A stretch of 64,000 nt of DNA from Mobula birostris (Eukaryota): assembly GCF_030028105.1 (NCBI RefSeq), contig NC_092379.1, positions 21,491,309-21,555,308 of the forward strand, in the 5' to 3' direction. A model generated the notes under the pieces. The model saw nothing but the letters and a program-made list of their open reading frames with translations, did not search any database and was not told the DNA's origin. Position numbers and translations under genes: made by a program. Below, one piece after another: positions 12,765 to 25,280 of this stretch. Within the stretch, counting starts at the first letter, position 1. Each line of letters opens with the position of its first letter.

Positions 12765-12880
12765 TGAACGACCCAGGCTGCAACTATCAGGACTGCTATC
12801 ATCCAGTACCATCCAGTATCGGGAGGACTGTGATGGTATCAGTCACTACTTCCGATCCCACTGATTCATCGGTCAGTTCA
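12765..12880 (+). mobile_element. Chromoviral Gypsy gag/pro junction fragment (unit A)
   Basis: cccaggctgcaact...ccagtatcgggaggac..gtgatg..gtcactact matches 56915-57005. Confidence 0.55.
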
Positions 12881-12996
12881 ACATCCAGAATCAGAATTAG
12901 ACTCAGGTTTATTATCACCGGCATGTGTCGTGAAATTTGTTGACTTAGCAGCAGCAGCAGTTCAATGCAATACATAATATAAAAGAAAAAATAAAT

Positions 12997-13222
12997 ACTT
13001 TATACTTTATTGTCACCAAACAATTGATACTAGAACACACAATCATCACAGCGATATTTGATTCTGCATTTTCCACTCCCTGGAGTACAAATTGATAGTA
13101 AATATTAAAAGTTTAAATTATAAATCATAAATAGAAAATAGAAAATGGAAAGTAAGGTGGTGCAAAAAATCCGAGAGGCAGGACCGGATATTTGGAGGGT
13201 ACGGCCCAGATCCGGGTCATAA
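12997..13222 (-). mobile_element. 3'UTR-only fragment of the Rex1-like family at 1-1362
   Basis: Reverse complement of 1095-1330 (gacccggatctgggccgtaccctcc...acaataaagt). Confidence 0.8.
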
Positions 13223-13576
13223 TAAATAAATAAATTTCAGGGTATGTATATTGAATAGATTAAAAATCATGCAAAAACAGAAATCATATATATTAAACAA
13301 GTGAGGGAGTGTTCGAGGGTTCAATGTCCATTTAGGAATTGGATGGTAGAGGAGAAGAAGCTGTTCCTGAATCGCTGAGTGTGAGCCTTCAGGCTTCTGT
13401 ACCTCCCACTGATGGTAAAAGTGAGAAAAGGGAATGGTCTGGGTGCTGGGTGTCCTTAACAATGGACGATGTCTTTCTGAGACACCACACCTTGAAGATG
13501 TCCTGGGTACTTTGTAGGCTCATACCCAAGTTGGATCCAACTAAATTGACGACCCTTCCTTCAGTCCTGTGCAGTT

Positions 13577-16500
13577 TGTCGAAGATGGCGCCGGTAACTG
13601 GTGACTTTGCGTCAGCTGTCCCGAGCAAACTGCCCTCTCCACTGTCCTGTAACTGAGAAACTAAAACTCCAATTTAGAAAGATAAAGCTCAACAGCACCC
13701 TGGCGAAGCTACTGACCCAGCTGGAGACCACCGCGCCAGAACTGCTTCTTAAACTCCGGACTGCACCTGGACCCGACCAATGTTCCCGGAGACCCGCGGT
13801 CTGCTACCGTGCCGGAGCGCTTGGAGACACGGCCCATTCCGACCAGCACCTCTCCGGAGCAGACGACCACACAGAAGTGACGGCGGAGACCTCAAGGCGC
13901 CCCAGACGCTTCCCCGGAGCGACCACCGTGAAGCTCCATTGGTGGTCACCCACAGCTGCTGGAAGATGAGACCTCCACCGCCAACTTCAGAAGTTGAGCC
14001 CGAGGCTCGGCTGGAGTGGAGGCCTCCGCAACCGTGACTCAGTTTACAGACTTGTTTGAGCCAGGAGCCCGGCCATCCGGGATTAAGTGTCGGCTTCGGG
14101 GTCCGACCCAATTGACAGCCCTGGCCCCCGGCAGCTGGAAGTGGCAGCGAAGACTCCCCAACTCGGCTCGACCCAGACTGTCCAACGACGCGACCAGCCG
14201 ATCGATCTCCGCAGGATGCCTCCACCTATCTCAAACAGCTGACTACAACACACTGCATCGATGGAAACCTGGAAAGATGCACTATTTACCGAGGAAGCGT
14301 GGGAAAAGAGCTGGGCTGCTGGTCAGACTGAAGCTGAGGGGCTTCAGGGTCCCTATGCCCACCACCCTACTCGCTAATGTGCAAGCCATAGAGAACAAGA
14401 TGGATGATCTTAAAGGGAGATTCACCTACTGCAGGGAGATGAGGAACTGCTGTGTATTCTGTTTCACTGAGACCTGCCTCTCCCCTGCCACCCCCGACTG
14501 TGCCATCTGACTGGAGGGATTTTCGGTCCATCGGATGGACCACACGGCGTCTTCGGGCAAGATGAGGGGAGGTGGTGTCTGCCTACTGATCAACACTGGG
14601 TGGTGATCGGACACAGTGGCACTGACAAGCTCCTGCAGCCCAGACCTGGAACACCTGTCGGTGAACTGTCGTCCCTACTATCTGCCATGGGAATTCACCT
14701 CGGTCATACTGACAGCAGTCTACATTCCCCCCCAGGCAGACATGGAGTGTGCTCTGAACATACTGTATGCCAACATAAGTGAACTTGAGACCAGGTATCC
14801 GGAGGCTTTGCTCATTACAGCTGGGAACTTTAACCAGGCCAACCTCAGAAAGGCGCTGCCAAAGTTATCCCAGCATGTCTCCTGCCCCACTAGAGGCCTG
14901 AATATACTTGACCACTGCTACACAGCAGTGAAGGATGCCTACCGTTCCGTCCCAGGACCTCACTTCAGAAAATCGGACCATCAGGCCGTACTCCTCCCGG
15001 CTTACAAACAGAAACTGAAGCGGGAGGTCACGGTGTCAAAAGTAGTGTCGCGTTGGACGGAGGAAACGGATGAGGTCCTCTGTGACTGCTTTGAATCGGT
15101 GGACTCGTTAGTATTCAAGGACTCGGCAGCTAACCTCGATGAGTATGCCTCAGCTGTCACGGACTTTATTTGGAAATGCACGGAGGACTGTGTGTCTCGC
15201 AAGACGATCCAGGTATTCCTTAACCGGAAACCTTGGATGAATGAGGAGGGCAAGTCCCTTTTAAAGGCTAGAGCTGCGGCTTTTAGGTCCGGGGATACCA
15301 GTCGCTACACGGAATCCAGGCGTGAACTCCGGAAGGCCATTAAGGGTGCCAAGAGGCAATATCGAGCCAAATTGGAAGCCCAGGCTAACCAAAGGGATGC
15401 CAGTAGAATATGGCAGGGTCTAAATGAGATCACTGGGCGCAAAGAAAAGGCTGGGAATATTAATAACTGTGGCGCTTCTCTTCCTGACGAACTTAATGTA
15501 TCCTACGCAAGATTCGAACAGAAGAGGAGCATCCCGCTCCCTCCGGATGAACCAGACCTGGTGGCATCGAGATTCATCGTCACCGAGGACGACGTTAGAA
15601 GGGCCTTCCTGAAGATAAATCCAAGGAAGGCGACGGGCCCAGATGGCGTCCCAGGACGGGTTCTCCGGGCCTGTGCAAGCGACCTAGCTGGAGTGTTTGC
15701 TGACATCTTCAACTGCTCCTTGCTTCAGTCGAACATCCCCTCGTGTTTTAAGAAGGCAACGATAATCCCAGTGCCGAAGAAGAGCAAGGTGGCATGCCTG
15801 AATGACTATCGACCTGTGACTCTGACATCAATTGCTATGAAGTGCTTCGACAGATTGATTATGGCACACATCAACCACAGCCTACCAGTCAACCTCAACG
15901 CTTTGCAATTCGCCTACCGGAGCAACAGGTCAATGGCAGTTCCTCCTTTGAACACCTGGAGAATAAAGATGCATATGTAAGGCTCCTTTTCATTGACTAC
16001 AGCTCTGCCTTTAATACCATCATTCCAAATAAACTGATTCCTAAGCTCCGGAACCTGGGCCTTAGCACTCAGATCTGCAGGTGGATCTTCAATTTCCTCA
16101 CAGGCAGGACCCAGGATGTAAAAATAGAGATCAAGCTCTCCTCTACAATCACTCTGAGCACCGGTGCCCCACAAGACTGTGTACTCAGCCCCCAGCTGTA
16201 CTCACTGTACACCCATGATTGTATAGCCAAGTTTCCATCGAACTCAATATATAAGTTTGCTGATGACACAACAATTGTAGGCCGTATCTCGGGTAATGAT
16301 GAGTTTGAGTACAGAGGGGAAATTAAGAACCTGGTGGCATGGTGCGAAGACAATAACTTATCCCTCAATGTTAGCAAGACGAAGGAATTGGTTGTTGACT
16401 TCAGAAGGAGTAGCAGACCACACGACCCAATTTACATTGGTGGTGCGCAAGTGGAACAGGTCAAAAGCATTAAGTTCCTCGGGGTCAATATCACAAATGA

Positions 16501-17192
16501 CCTGACTTGGTCCAACCAAGCAGAGTTCACTGCTAAGAAGGCCCACCAGTGCCTTTACTTCCTGAGAAAACTAAAGAAATTTGGCCTGTCCCCTAAAACC
16601 CTCACTAATTTTTATAGATACACCGTAGAAAGCATTCTTCTAGGGTGCATCACAACCTGGTATGGAAGTTGTCCTGTCCAAGACCGGATGAAGCTGCAGA
16701 AGATCGTGAACACGGCGCAGCACATCACACAAACCAATCTTCTGTCCGTGGACTCACTTTACACCGCATGCTGTTGGAGCAGTGCTCCCAGGAGAATCAA
16801 GGAAACGACCCACCCACCCAACATACTTTTCATCCCTCTTCCCTCTGGGAGAAGGCTCAGGAGTTTGAAGACTCGTACGGCCAGATTTGGGAACAGCTTC
16901 TTTCCAACTGTGATAAGACTGCTGAACGGATCCGGACCCGGATCTGGGCCGTACCCTCCAAATAGCCGGACCTGCCTCTCGGTTTTCTTGCACTACCTTA
17001 CTTCCCATTTTTCTATTTTCTATTTATGATTTATAATTTAAATTTTTAATATTTACTAATTTTAACTATTTTTAATATTTTTATATTTAATATTTGTAAT
17101 CCAGGGAATGTGAGGTGCAGAATCAAATATCACTGTGATGATTGTACGTTCTAGTACCAATTGTTTGGCGACAATGAAGTATAAAGTAAAGT
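13577..17192 (+). mobile_element. Apparently full-length Rex1-like LINE (~3.6 kb)
   Basis: GC-rich 5' end starting gtcgaagatggcgccgg; APE, RT, 3'UTR and aagtataaagtaaagta tail. Confidence 0.9.
14355..17029 (+). pseudogene. Rex1-like APE-RT polyprotein, disrupted
   Basis: [46 protein letters not shown]; TGA stops at ~14508 and ~14603; 22-nt deletion near 15938 relative to the copy at 91-112 causes a frameshift. Confidence 0.7.
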
Positions 17193-17834
17193 ACTCCCCC
17201 AATACCAGACAGTGATTAGTCTGTCAGACTGCTCTCCACAGTACAGCAATAGAAGTCTCTGAGCATTTTTCTTGACAGACCAAATCTCTTCAAACTCTTC
17301 AGCTAAATCTCTTCAAGTATATTCACTATCTTGCCTTCATTGTAACTGAATCGATATGTTGGGACCAGGTTAGATCCTCAGAGATCTTGACAGTCAGGAA
17401 CTTGAAACCGCTCAGTCTTTCCACTTCTGCTCCCTCTATGCGGATTGGTATGTGTTCCTACGTCTTACCCTTCCTGAAGTCCACAGTCAGCTTTTTAATC
17501 TTACTGATGTTGAGTGCAAGGTTGTTGCTGTGACACCACTCCCCTGGTTGGTGTATCTCGCTCCTGTACGCCCCCTCACCTCCATCTGAGATTCTACCAA
17601 CAATACAATGGTTGTATCATCAGAAAATTTATGGATGGTATTTGAGCAATGCTGAGCCACAGTCATGGGTATAGAGAGGGTAGAGCAGTGAGCTAAGCAC
17701 ACACCCCTGAGGTGCCCCAGTGTTGATCATCAGCGAGGAGGAGACATTATTGCCAATCCACACAGATTGGTTTTCCAGTTAAGAAGTTGAGCATCTAATT
17801 GCAGAGGGAGGTACAGAGGCCCAGGTTCTGTAAC

Positions 17835-20101
17835 TTATCTCCCACTGCGAAAGTTGAGCCAACCCATGCCTGCAACTGTCTTGGACGGTTGCCCACTCTG
17901 TTCCGGGTGGAGCCAGCAACAGACTGTGGATTTGCAGATGAGGATATGGGATTATGTGGAAGAGAGGACCAAAGAGATTCCCGAACATTCTGGGGAACTT
18001 GCAGCCAAGCTTAAGAACACAGCCACCAGGTCTCAAGTAATGGAACAGACTCCATTATGCCGAGCTTTGAAGCCTATTTGCTGGAGGGAACGTACCCTCA
18101 GTAAAGTCTTGCTGCCGTCACCTGAGGATTCCGATTGGGATTTGGACTCTGATTTGGCCTGTTTCCACAAATGAGTTTCATGAGCCTAGGGAGCAGACCC
18201 TGAGGTTGGTTGAATCACCCTGCCACCTGAAAAACCAAAGGGGTCATCCTCGAAAGAAGATCCCGAGGGGTTAGCACACCCAAACCCGTTGAAAGTGCTT
18301 CCATCTACAAGGACATGGAGGAGGTCTTCAGCAAGGGAAAGGCATCAACTCTTCCACCACACCAACCCCACAACTGTGCGATAGACCTGCAGACCGGTAC
18401 CTGTCCCCCAAGGGGTTGATTGTATGTGCTCTTGGGCCCAGAGAGAAGTGTAATGGAAGAGTATATCAAGGGGTCTCTTGCCACAGGCTTCATTCAGCCC
18501 TCCACCACACCTGCTGGCACAGGCTTCTTCTTTGCACAAAAGAACGATGGGAGCCTGCAACGATGCATTAATTATAGGGAATTCAACTGCAAGATGGCCA
18601 AAAATCACTATCCCCTACCACTCATGAAAATAGACTTCGAGATGCTCCAAGGAGCAAGAGTATTCAGAAATCTGGAACGGCAATCGGGTCCATATAAGGG
18701 AAGGTGATGAGTGGAAGACTGCATTCAATACAACGATGGGACACGACGAGTACCTGAGCAACCTACCCCCATTTTGCCACATAATCAGGGTGCTCGTGGC
18801 AATTTGTTGGGGAATCGACACTCTTGTTCACAAGGGCCCAAGTGCAGGGGGGATTTCTAAGAACTACACTCCGGGTCAGCTCTTTGTCCCAAGTTCAATC
18901 TGGTCACAGGTCCTCCAGTGGGGTCATTCGTCAAGAATGACCACACTGCCAGGGATTGCCTCAGGTTTATCAAGAGGAGATACTGGTGGCCCAGAATGAT
19001 GAAAGAGGTTCGGCACTACATGCAGGCATGTGAGGAGTGCGACCAGAACAAGGAGCCTGGTACCCAACCTCAAGGGCTTCTCCACTCCAACCTGTTCCGG
19101 AAAGATGTTGGACACAGACCTCCATGGAGTTTATCACGGGTAATTGACGAATGGTTTTCGAAAGTCTGTAAATTCATTGCCTTGGAGAAGCAACTATCTG
19201 CAGTTGAGACGGCTGAAATTGTCCTGGTCCTGGTCTTCAGGATCCACAGATTCCCGGTGGAAGTTGTCTCACATTGTGGTCCACAATAAATATCACATTT
19301 TTGGAGAGCGTTCTGTAAACTGACAGGGGCAACAGTAAACGATTCCTCTGGGTTTCACCCGCAATCCAAAGTTCAGACGGAGTGAACCAAACAAGATTTA
19401 GATGCCTGGCCTCGAAAAGACCTGATAAGTGGTGTGACCATTTGATGTGGGTCACCCACAACACCATACAGCATTCAGCGCATGGGTTGTCACAGTTCAA
19501 GTGACAGTTTGGTTATCCTCTGCCTCTCTTTCCATACAAGGAGGCAGAGGTTGGGGTCCCTGAGGCCAAAGGTTTCATCCAACGCTGCAAGCAGAAATGG
19601 ATTAGAACAAGAGAAACTTTGCAGCTCCCCAAAACTCCAAAGATCAATCCCACCTTCCAAATCTCTAAATTAAAACTTGTCTGCATCAGCCCCTTAGCCC
19701 CACCACCATCAGCCCCGCTGCCCCGGTGAGAAGACTTTTGTACTTGCGTACTGCTCTGGGTATTTGACAATACCTCATGGACTGGGAAGTATTCGGACTC
19801 CAGGAGAGGTGCTGGGTTCCTGATAGAGATATCTGAGATGCTGCTCTCTTCCACAACTCTCATCACTGCCTCTCCAAGCAGCCAGGGTCGTCAGACATCA
19901 GCGTACATGATGGGTCCTGTTACGAGACGCACCCAACAGCCCCAGCTTCCGGAAAATCGACTCTGACTCTTCGCAGTGCAGATAGCTGGTGCAGCCCCTT
20001 TAAGGATTCTGGATGGTCCTACTAATTGGTAATGATGTTTTGGGCACAAAGATACCCCAGCAACTGGGTCCAAACCATCCTCATCAAGGACTCTCGTCAC
20101 A
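17835..20101 (+). mobile_element. Degenerate, internally deleted chromoviral (sushi-like) Gypsy: pro-RT-IN-chromodomain plus 3' LTR 19918-20101
   Basis: GFIQPSTTPAGTGFFFAQKNDGSLQRCINYR (RT); RYWWPRMMKEVRHYMQACEEC (IN zinc region); QYLMDWEVFGLQERCWVP (chromodomain, ~19770-19820); TGT..CA LTR. Confidence 0.8.
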
Positions 20102-20106
20102 GTCTT

Positions 20107-22790
20107 TGTACATATTGGCACAAATGACATAGGTAGATATGGTGAGGTGGTCCCAAAGAGAGATATTAGGAAGCAAGGTAGAAAGCTGAGGAACAGAACC
20201 TCCAGGGTAGTAATCATTGGATTGCTGCCTGAGCCACATGTCAATGAGGGTAAGAATAGGCTGATTTGCAGGTGAATGTCTGGCTCAGGAACTGGTGCAG
20301 GAGGCATGGGTTCAGATTTATGGATTATCAGGACCTCTTCTGGGGAAGATATAACATGTACAAAAGAGATAGGTTACGCCTGAGCCTGAGAGGTCCCATA
20401 TCCTTGCAGGCAGATTGACTATTCTGTATTGGGTATTGTACAATGAACTGGAATTGATTAGAGAGTTTAAGGTAAAAGAACCCTGAAGGGCTAATGATCA
20501 TAAAATGACGACATTCACCGTGATATTTGAGAAGAAGCTAAAGTTAGATGTATCAGTATTACAGTGGAGTAAAGGAAGTTATAGAGGCATGAGAGAGGAG
20601 TTAATTGCTATAATGGATTGGAAAAGAACACTGGCAGGGATGATGGTAGAACAACAATAGCTGGAATTTCTGGAAGCAATTCAGAGGGCAAAAGATCTAT
20701 ACATTCCAAAAAGGAAAAAGTATTCTAAAGGCAAGGTGACTCAGCCATGCCGAACAAGGAAAGTCAAGGCCAACATAAAGTCAAAGAGAGGGCACATAAC
20801 TGAGCAGAAATTACTGAGAAGTTAGTGTTATAAGCTGGGCATGGATGGCGGACCCAAAAGCAAGACAGAGACTAGGTTTATCGAGATAGGAAGGTGAGTA
20901 AGGAAGAAACAACACTGGACATTGACACAGGCCCTGGATGAGACTAGGATTCAGGGCCTGGGCTAGGACTTGGATTAGAAACAGAGGACCTGGACGGGGA
21001 ACTAGAAACGAGGAGCCTGGACTGGGAACACGGAACTCCAGAAACAGAAACTGGACAAGGACCCGGAACCTGGGTCTTGACTCGGAACTGGAACCCGGGT
21101 CTAGGCTGGAACTCGGGACTAGCATCTTGGCAAGGACATGACGTGGCTACAGGACAGCATGGGATACACCAACGCTGGGCAAGGAACCAGAACTAGATAA
21201 GGACATGAAGCTCAGATTTGGACCAGGCTGGAACACAGCGCCTGGACTTGGTCTTGGAGCACAGAGCCTTGGAATTGAACTGTACACTCAGAGCCTTGGA
21301 CTTGAATTGGACGAGGTACTCCAGGACAGGACGTGTCTCTTCAACTCGGCTTGGTTAAGCTCTGGGACACAGGGCCAGGACCCTCTCTGCCGAGGACACT
21401 TGCCGAGGGAACTGCCGAAGTAAACTGCCAAGGGACTCCTGGACTGGACAAGAACAGGAAGCCTAGACTTGGACAGGACTGGAACACAGCACCTGGAACT
21501 TGGAACACAGAACACAGAGCCGGAACCCCTCCTTGGGGACAGGACCGAGGGTCAGGACTCGTCTTTGACACAGTCACTAAACACGGTGAAACAAAGAGAT
21601 AGTTCCACACTCAACAATAAATAGTTCCTTATCTTGGCATGGCAAGGCTCTGGTCTCACTCTGGCAGTTGAACTTGACGGGGATGCAGGCAGGGCTTCAG
21701 AAGGAAGGGGGAGGGAACAGTCCAGCAGAGAATTCTTGGTTTGAGAGGTATTTATGTGCCAGCCCAAAACAAGAATCAGGTGCGTCAGTTAAGGCACCCA
21801 ATGGAACTGGGGAAAACAGGGAAAACCCGGAATACGGATTGATGGACCGGTCCGTGAACCGGAATGCTGACTTCACGGACAAGACCATGACAGTTGGAGG
21901 ACTGGGAAGCTTTTGAGAACCAGCATAAGGTAACTAAAAAAGTCTGTAAGAAGGTAAAGGTGGAATACGAAAGTAAGCAAGCCAATAATATTAATGAGGA
22001 TACCAACAGTCTCTTCAGATATATGAAGTGTAAAAGAGAGGTGAGAGGTCATATCGGCCCACTGGAAAACGATGCTGGGAGGGTGGTAATGAGGGACAAG
22101 GAAATGGCCGAAGAACTGAATAAATACATTTCATCAGTCTTCACTGTGGAAGACACAATCAGCATGGTAGAAGTTCCAGGTGTCAGGGGTCATGAAGTGT
22201 GCTACCATTACCATGGAGAAGATTCTTGAGAAACTGAGGTAGATGAGTCACCTGGAGCAGATGGTGTACACCACAACATTCAGAAAGAGGTGGCTGAAGA
22301 CAATATAGAGGCATTAGTAATGATCTTTCAAGAAGCACTGGATTCTGGAATGGAGGACTGGAAAATTGCAAATGTCACTCCACTCTTCAAGAAGGGAGAG
22401 AGAGAGAAGAAAGGAAATTATTGGCGAGTTTGTCATGGGGGAGGGGCAGGTAGTTTTTAGGGAGGCTGCAGAAAGACTGAAGCAGATTAGCAGACTGGGC
22501 AAAGAAGTGACAGATGGAATACAGTGTCAGCAATTGTATGGTCATGCTCTTTGGTAGAAGAAATTAAAGCTTTAACTTTTGACCAGGTGGACAGAAAATA
22601 CAAAATTCTGAGGCACAAAGGAATTGAGAGCCCTTGAGCGGGATTCTCTGAAGGTTAATTTGCAGGTTGAGTCTGTGGTGAGGAAGGCAAATAAGATGTT
22701 AGCATTTATTTCCAGAGGACTGGAATATAAAAACAAGGATGTAATGTTGAGACTTTATAAAGCACTGTTGAGGCCTCACTTCATCTTCCA
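20107..22790 (+). mobile_element. CR1 fragments (esterase end, EN linker, RT pieces) hosting a solo LTR
   Basis: VHIGTNDIG at 20107; KVEYESKQANNINEDTNSLFRY after 21893. Confidence 0.65.
20826..21892 (-). mobile_element. Solo LTR (1067 bp) with internal short tandem repeats
   Basis: Minus strand TGTCATGG...TTATAACA; 5-bp TSD gttag/gttgg with one mismatch; host CR1 resumes on both sides. Confidence 0.8.
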
Positions 22791-23109
22791 TCAGATTCCA
22801 TTATCTTCAGCCTTTTGTCACTCCCACCCATCACCTACCAGGGGGCACAGTTTTCAGGACAGAGTTAAAAGATTTGATGGGAACAGAAGGAACAAGTTTT
22901 TCAACCAGAGGACGGTCTGCATATGGAATCAGCTGTCTGATGATGTGGGTGAGGCAGCTCCAAGAACAACACTAAAAAAACACTTGGACAAGTACATGAA
23001 TTGATAGGATTCAGAGCAGGGGTTCCTAACCTTCGGTACATGGACCCCTTCCTTAACGGTATTATCAGAGTACATAGATGCCGCCATACACTACCCTGAG
23101 ATTTATTTC

Positions 23110-23760
23110 AGACCATGAGACATAGGAGCAGAATTAGGCCATTTGGCCCATCTAGTCTGCTCCACTGTTCAATCATGGCTGATCCTTTTTTTATCTCCTC
23201 CTCAACCTCAGTTCCCAGCCTTCTCCCCACAACCTTTGATATCATGTCCAGTCAAGAACCTATCAATCTCTGCCTTAAATACACACAAAGTTCTGGCCTC
23301 CACAGCTGCATGTGGCAACAAATTCCACAGATCCATCACCCTCTGGCTGAAGAAATTTTTCCACATCTCTATTTTGAATGGACGTTCTTCTATCCTGAAG
23401 CTGTGCCCTCTTGTCCTAGACTCTCCCATAATGGAAAACAGCCCTTCCACATCTACTCTGTCTAGGCCTTTCAATTTTCAAAAGGTTTCAATGAGATTCC
23501 CCCTCATCCTTCTGAATTCCAGCGAGTACAGACACAGAAGCATCAAGTGCTCCTCATATTATGACACTTTCAGTCCTGGAATTATCCTTGTGAACTTCCT
23601 CTGGACCCTCTCCAATGCCAGCACATCTCTTCTAAGATGATGAGCCCAAAACTGTACACAATATTCAAGGTGAGGCCTCACCAGTGCCTTATAATGCCTC
23701 AGCATCACATTCCTGCTCTTGTATTCTGGACCTCTTGAAATGAATGTTAACATTGCATTG
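23110..23760 (-). mobile_element. CR1 3' fragment
   Basis: KGLDRVDVEGLFSIMGESRTRGHS; HLEYCVQFW; terminal gctcctatgtctcatggtc. Confidence 0.8.
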
Positions 23761-24488
23761 CCCTCCTCACCACCGAATCATCCTGGCGGAGAAACTCACC
23801 TGGTCCCTCAACACCAGCTCCATAGCAAAGAAAGCCCAGCCTTCTCTGCGAAGGCCGAGAAAAGTCCATCTCACAACCCCCATCCTCACCACAGTCTACA
23901 GAGGTTGTATTGAGAGCATCCTGAGCAGCTGCATCACTGCCTGGTTCAGAAATTCCATCATCTCGGATCGCAAGACCCTGCAGCGGATAGTGAGGTCAAC
24001 TGAGAAGATCATCAGGGTCTCCCTTCCCACCATTACAGACATTTACACCACGCACTGCATCCGTAAATCAAACAGTATTATGAAGGACTACACGCACCCC
24101 TCATACAAACTCTTCTCCCTTCTGTAATCTGGCAAAAGGCACCGAAGCGATCAGGCTCTCACGACCAGACTATGTAACAGTTTCTTCCCACAAGCCATCA
24201 GACTCCTCAATACCCGGAGCCTGAACTGACACCAACCTACTGCCCTCTACTGTGCCTATTGTCTTGTTTATTATTTATTGTAATGCCTGCACTGTTTTGT
24301 GCACTTTATGCAGTCCTGGGTCGGTCTGTAGTCTAGTGTAGTTTTTGTGTTGTTTTACGTAGTTCAGTGTAGTTTTTGTATTGTTTCATGTAGCACCATG
24401 GTCCTGAAAAACGTTGTCTTGTTTTAACTGTGTACTGTACCAGCAGTTATGGTCGAAATGACAATAAAAAGTGACGATTTGACTTGAA
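23760..24488 (+). mobile_element. Rex1-like LINE 3' fragment
   Basis: KLTWSLNTSSIAKKAQ..YRGCIESILSSCITAWF; acaataaa + gacttga tail. Confidence 0.75.
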
Positions 24489-25280
24489 AGTTTACCTTTA
24501 TATTTTGGAAGGACTAATCAAAATAGGACATACATGGTAAATGGTACGGTACTGAAGAATCCAGTAGAACAGAGTGATCCAGGAATAATGGTGCATAGTT
24601 CCCTGAAGGTAGAATCTCATGTGGATAGGGTGGTGTAGAAAGCTTTTGGTACGCTGGCCTTTATAAATCAGAGCATTGAGTATAGGAGATGGGATGAAAT
24701 GTTAAATTGTACAAGGCATTGGTGAGGTCAAATTTGGAGTCTTGTGTACAGTTCTGGTCCCCGAATCACAGAAAAGATGTCAACAAAATGGAGAGGGTCC
24801 AGAGAAGAGTTAGTAGAATGTTACCTGGGTTTCAGCACCTGAGTTACAGAGAAAGGTTGAACAAGTTAGGTCTTCATTCTTTGGAGCGTAGAAGGTTGAG
24901 GGGGGACTTGATAGAGGTATTTAAAATTATGAGTGGGACAGATAGAGTTGACGTGGATAAGCTTTTTCCATTGAGAGTAGGGGAGATTCAAACAAGAGGA
25001 CATGAGTTGAGAGTTGGGGGCAAAAGTTTAGGGGTAACACGAAGGGGAATTTCTTTACTCAGAGAGTGGTGGCCGTGTGGAATGAGCTTCCAGTAGAAGT
25101 GGTAGAGGCAGGTTCGATATTGTCATTTAAAGCAAAATTGAATAGGTATATGGACAGGAAAGGAATGGAGGGTTATGGGCTGAGTGCAGGTCGGTGGGAC
25201 TAGGTGAGAGTAAGCGTTTGGCATGGACTAGAAGGGCCGAGATGGCCTGTTTCAGTGCTGTAATTGTTATATGGTTATAG
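24489..25280 (+). mobile_element. CR1 3' portion, same young family as 4725-5925
   Basis: ORF 24707-25096; tail gctgtaattgttatatggttata. Confidence 0.85.

Larger units (their letters stand above)
12885..17835 (-). mobile_element. Older Rex1-like LINE with (CTGATT)n-type tail, split by two nested insertions; own sequence 12885-12996, 13223-13570, 17193-17835
   Basis: cagaatcaga tail; HKFSDDTTIV at ~17600; sequence resumes collinearly after 17192. Confidence 0.7.

Noticed and set aside
20930-21560. Short repeated units as a CRISPR-like array
   Set aside because: Degenerate repeats without unique spacers, inside a TSD-flanked LTR in eukaryotic DNA
23017-23098. CAGGGGTTCCTAACC hAT-like terminal repeat as a MITE
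   Set aside because: No convincing matching right end and no 8-bp TSD; at most a tiny relic
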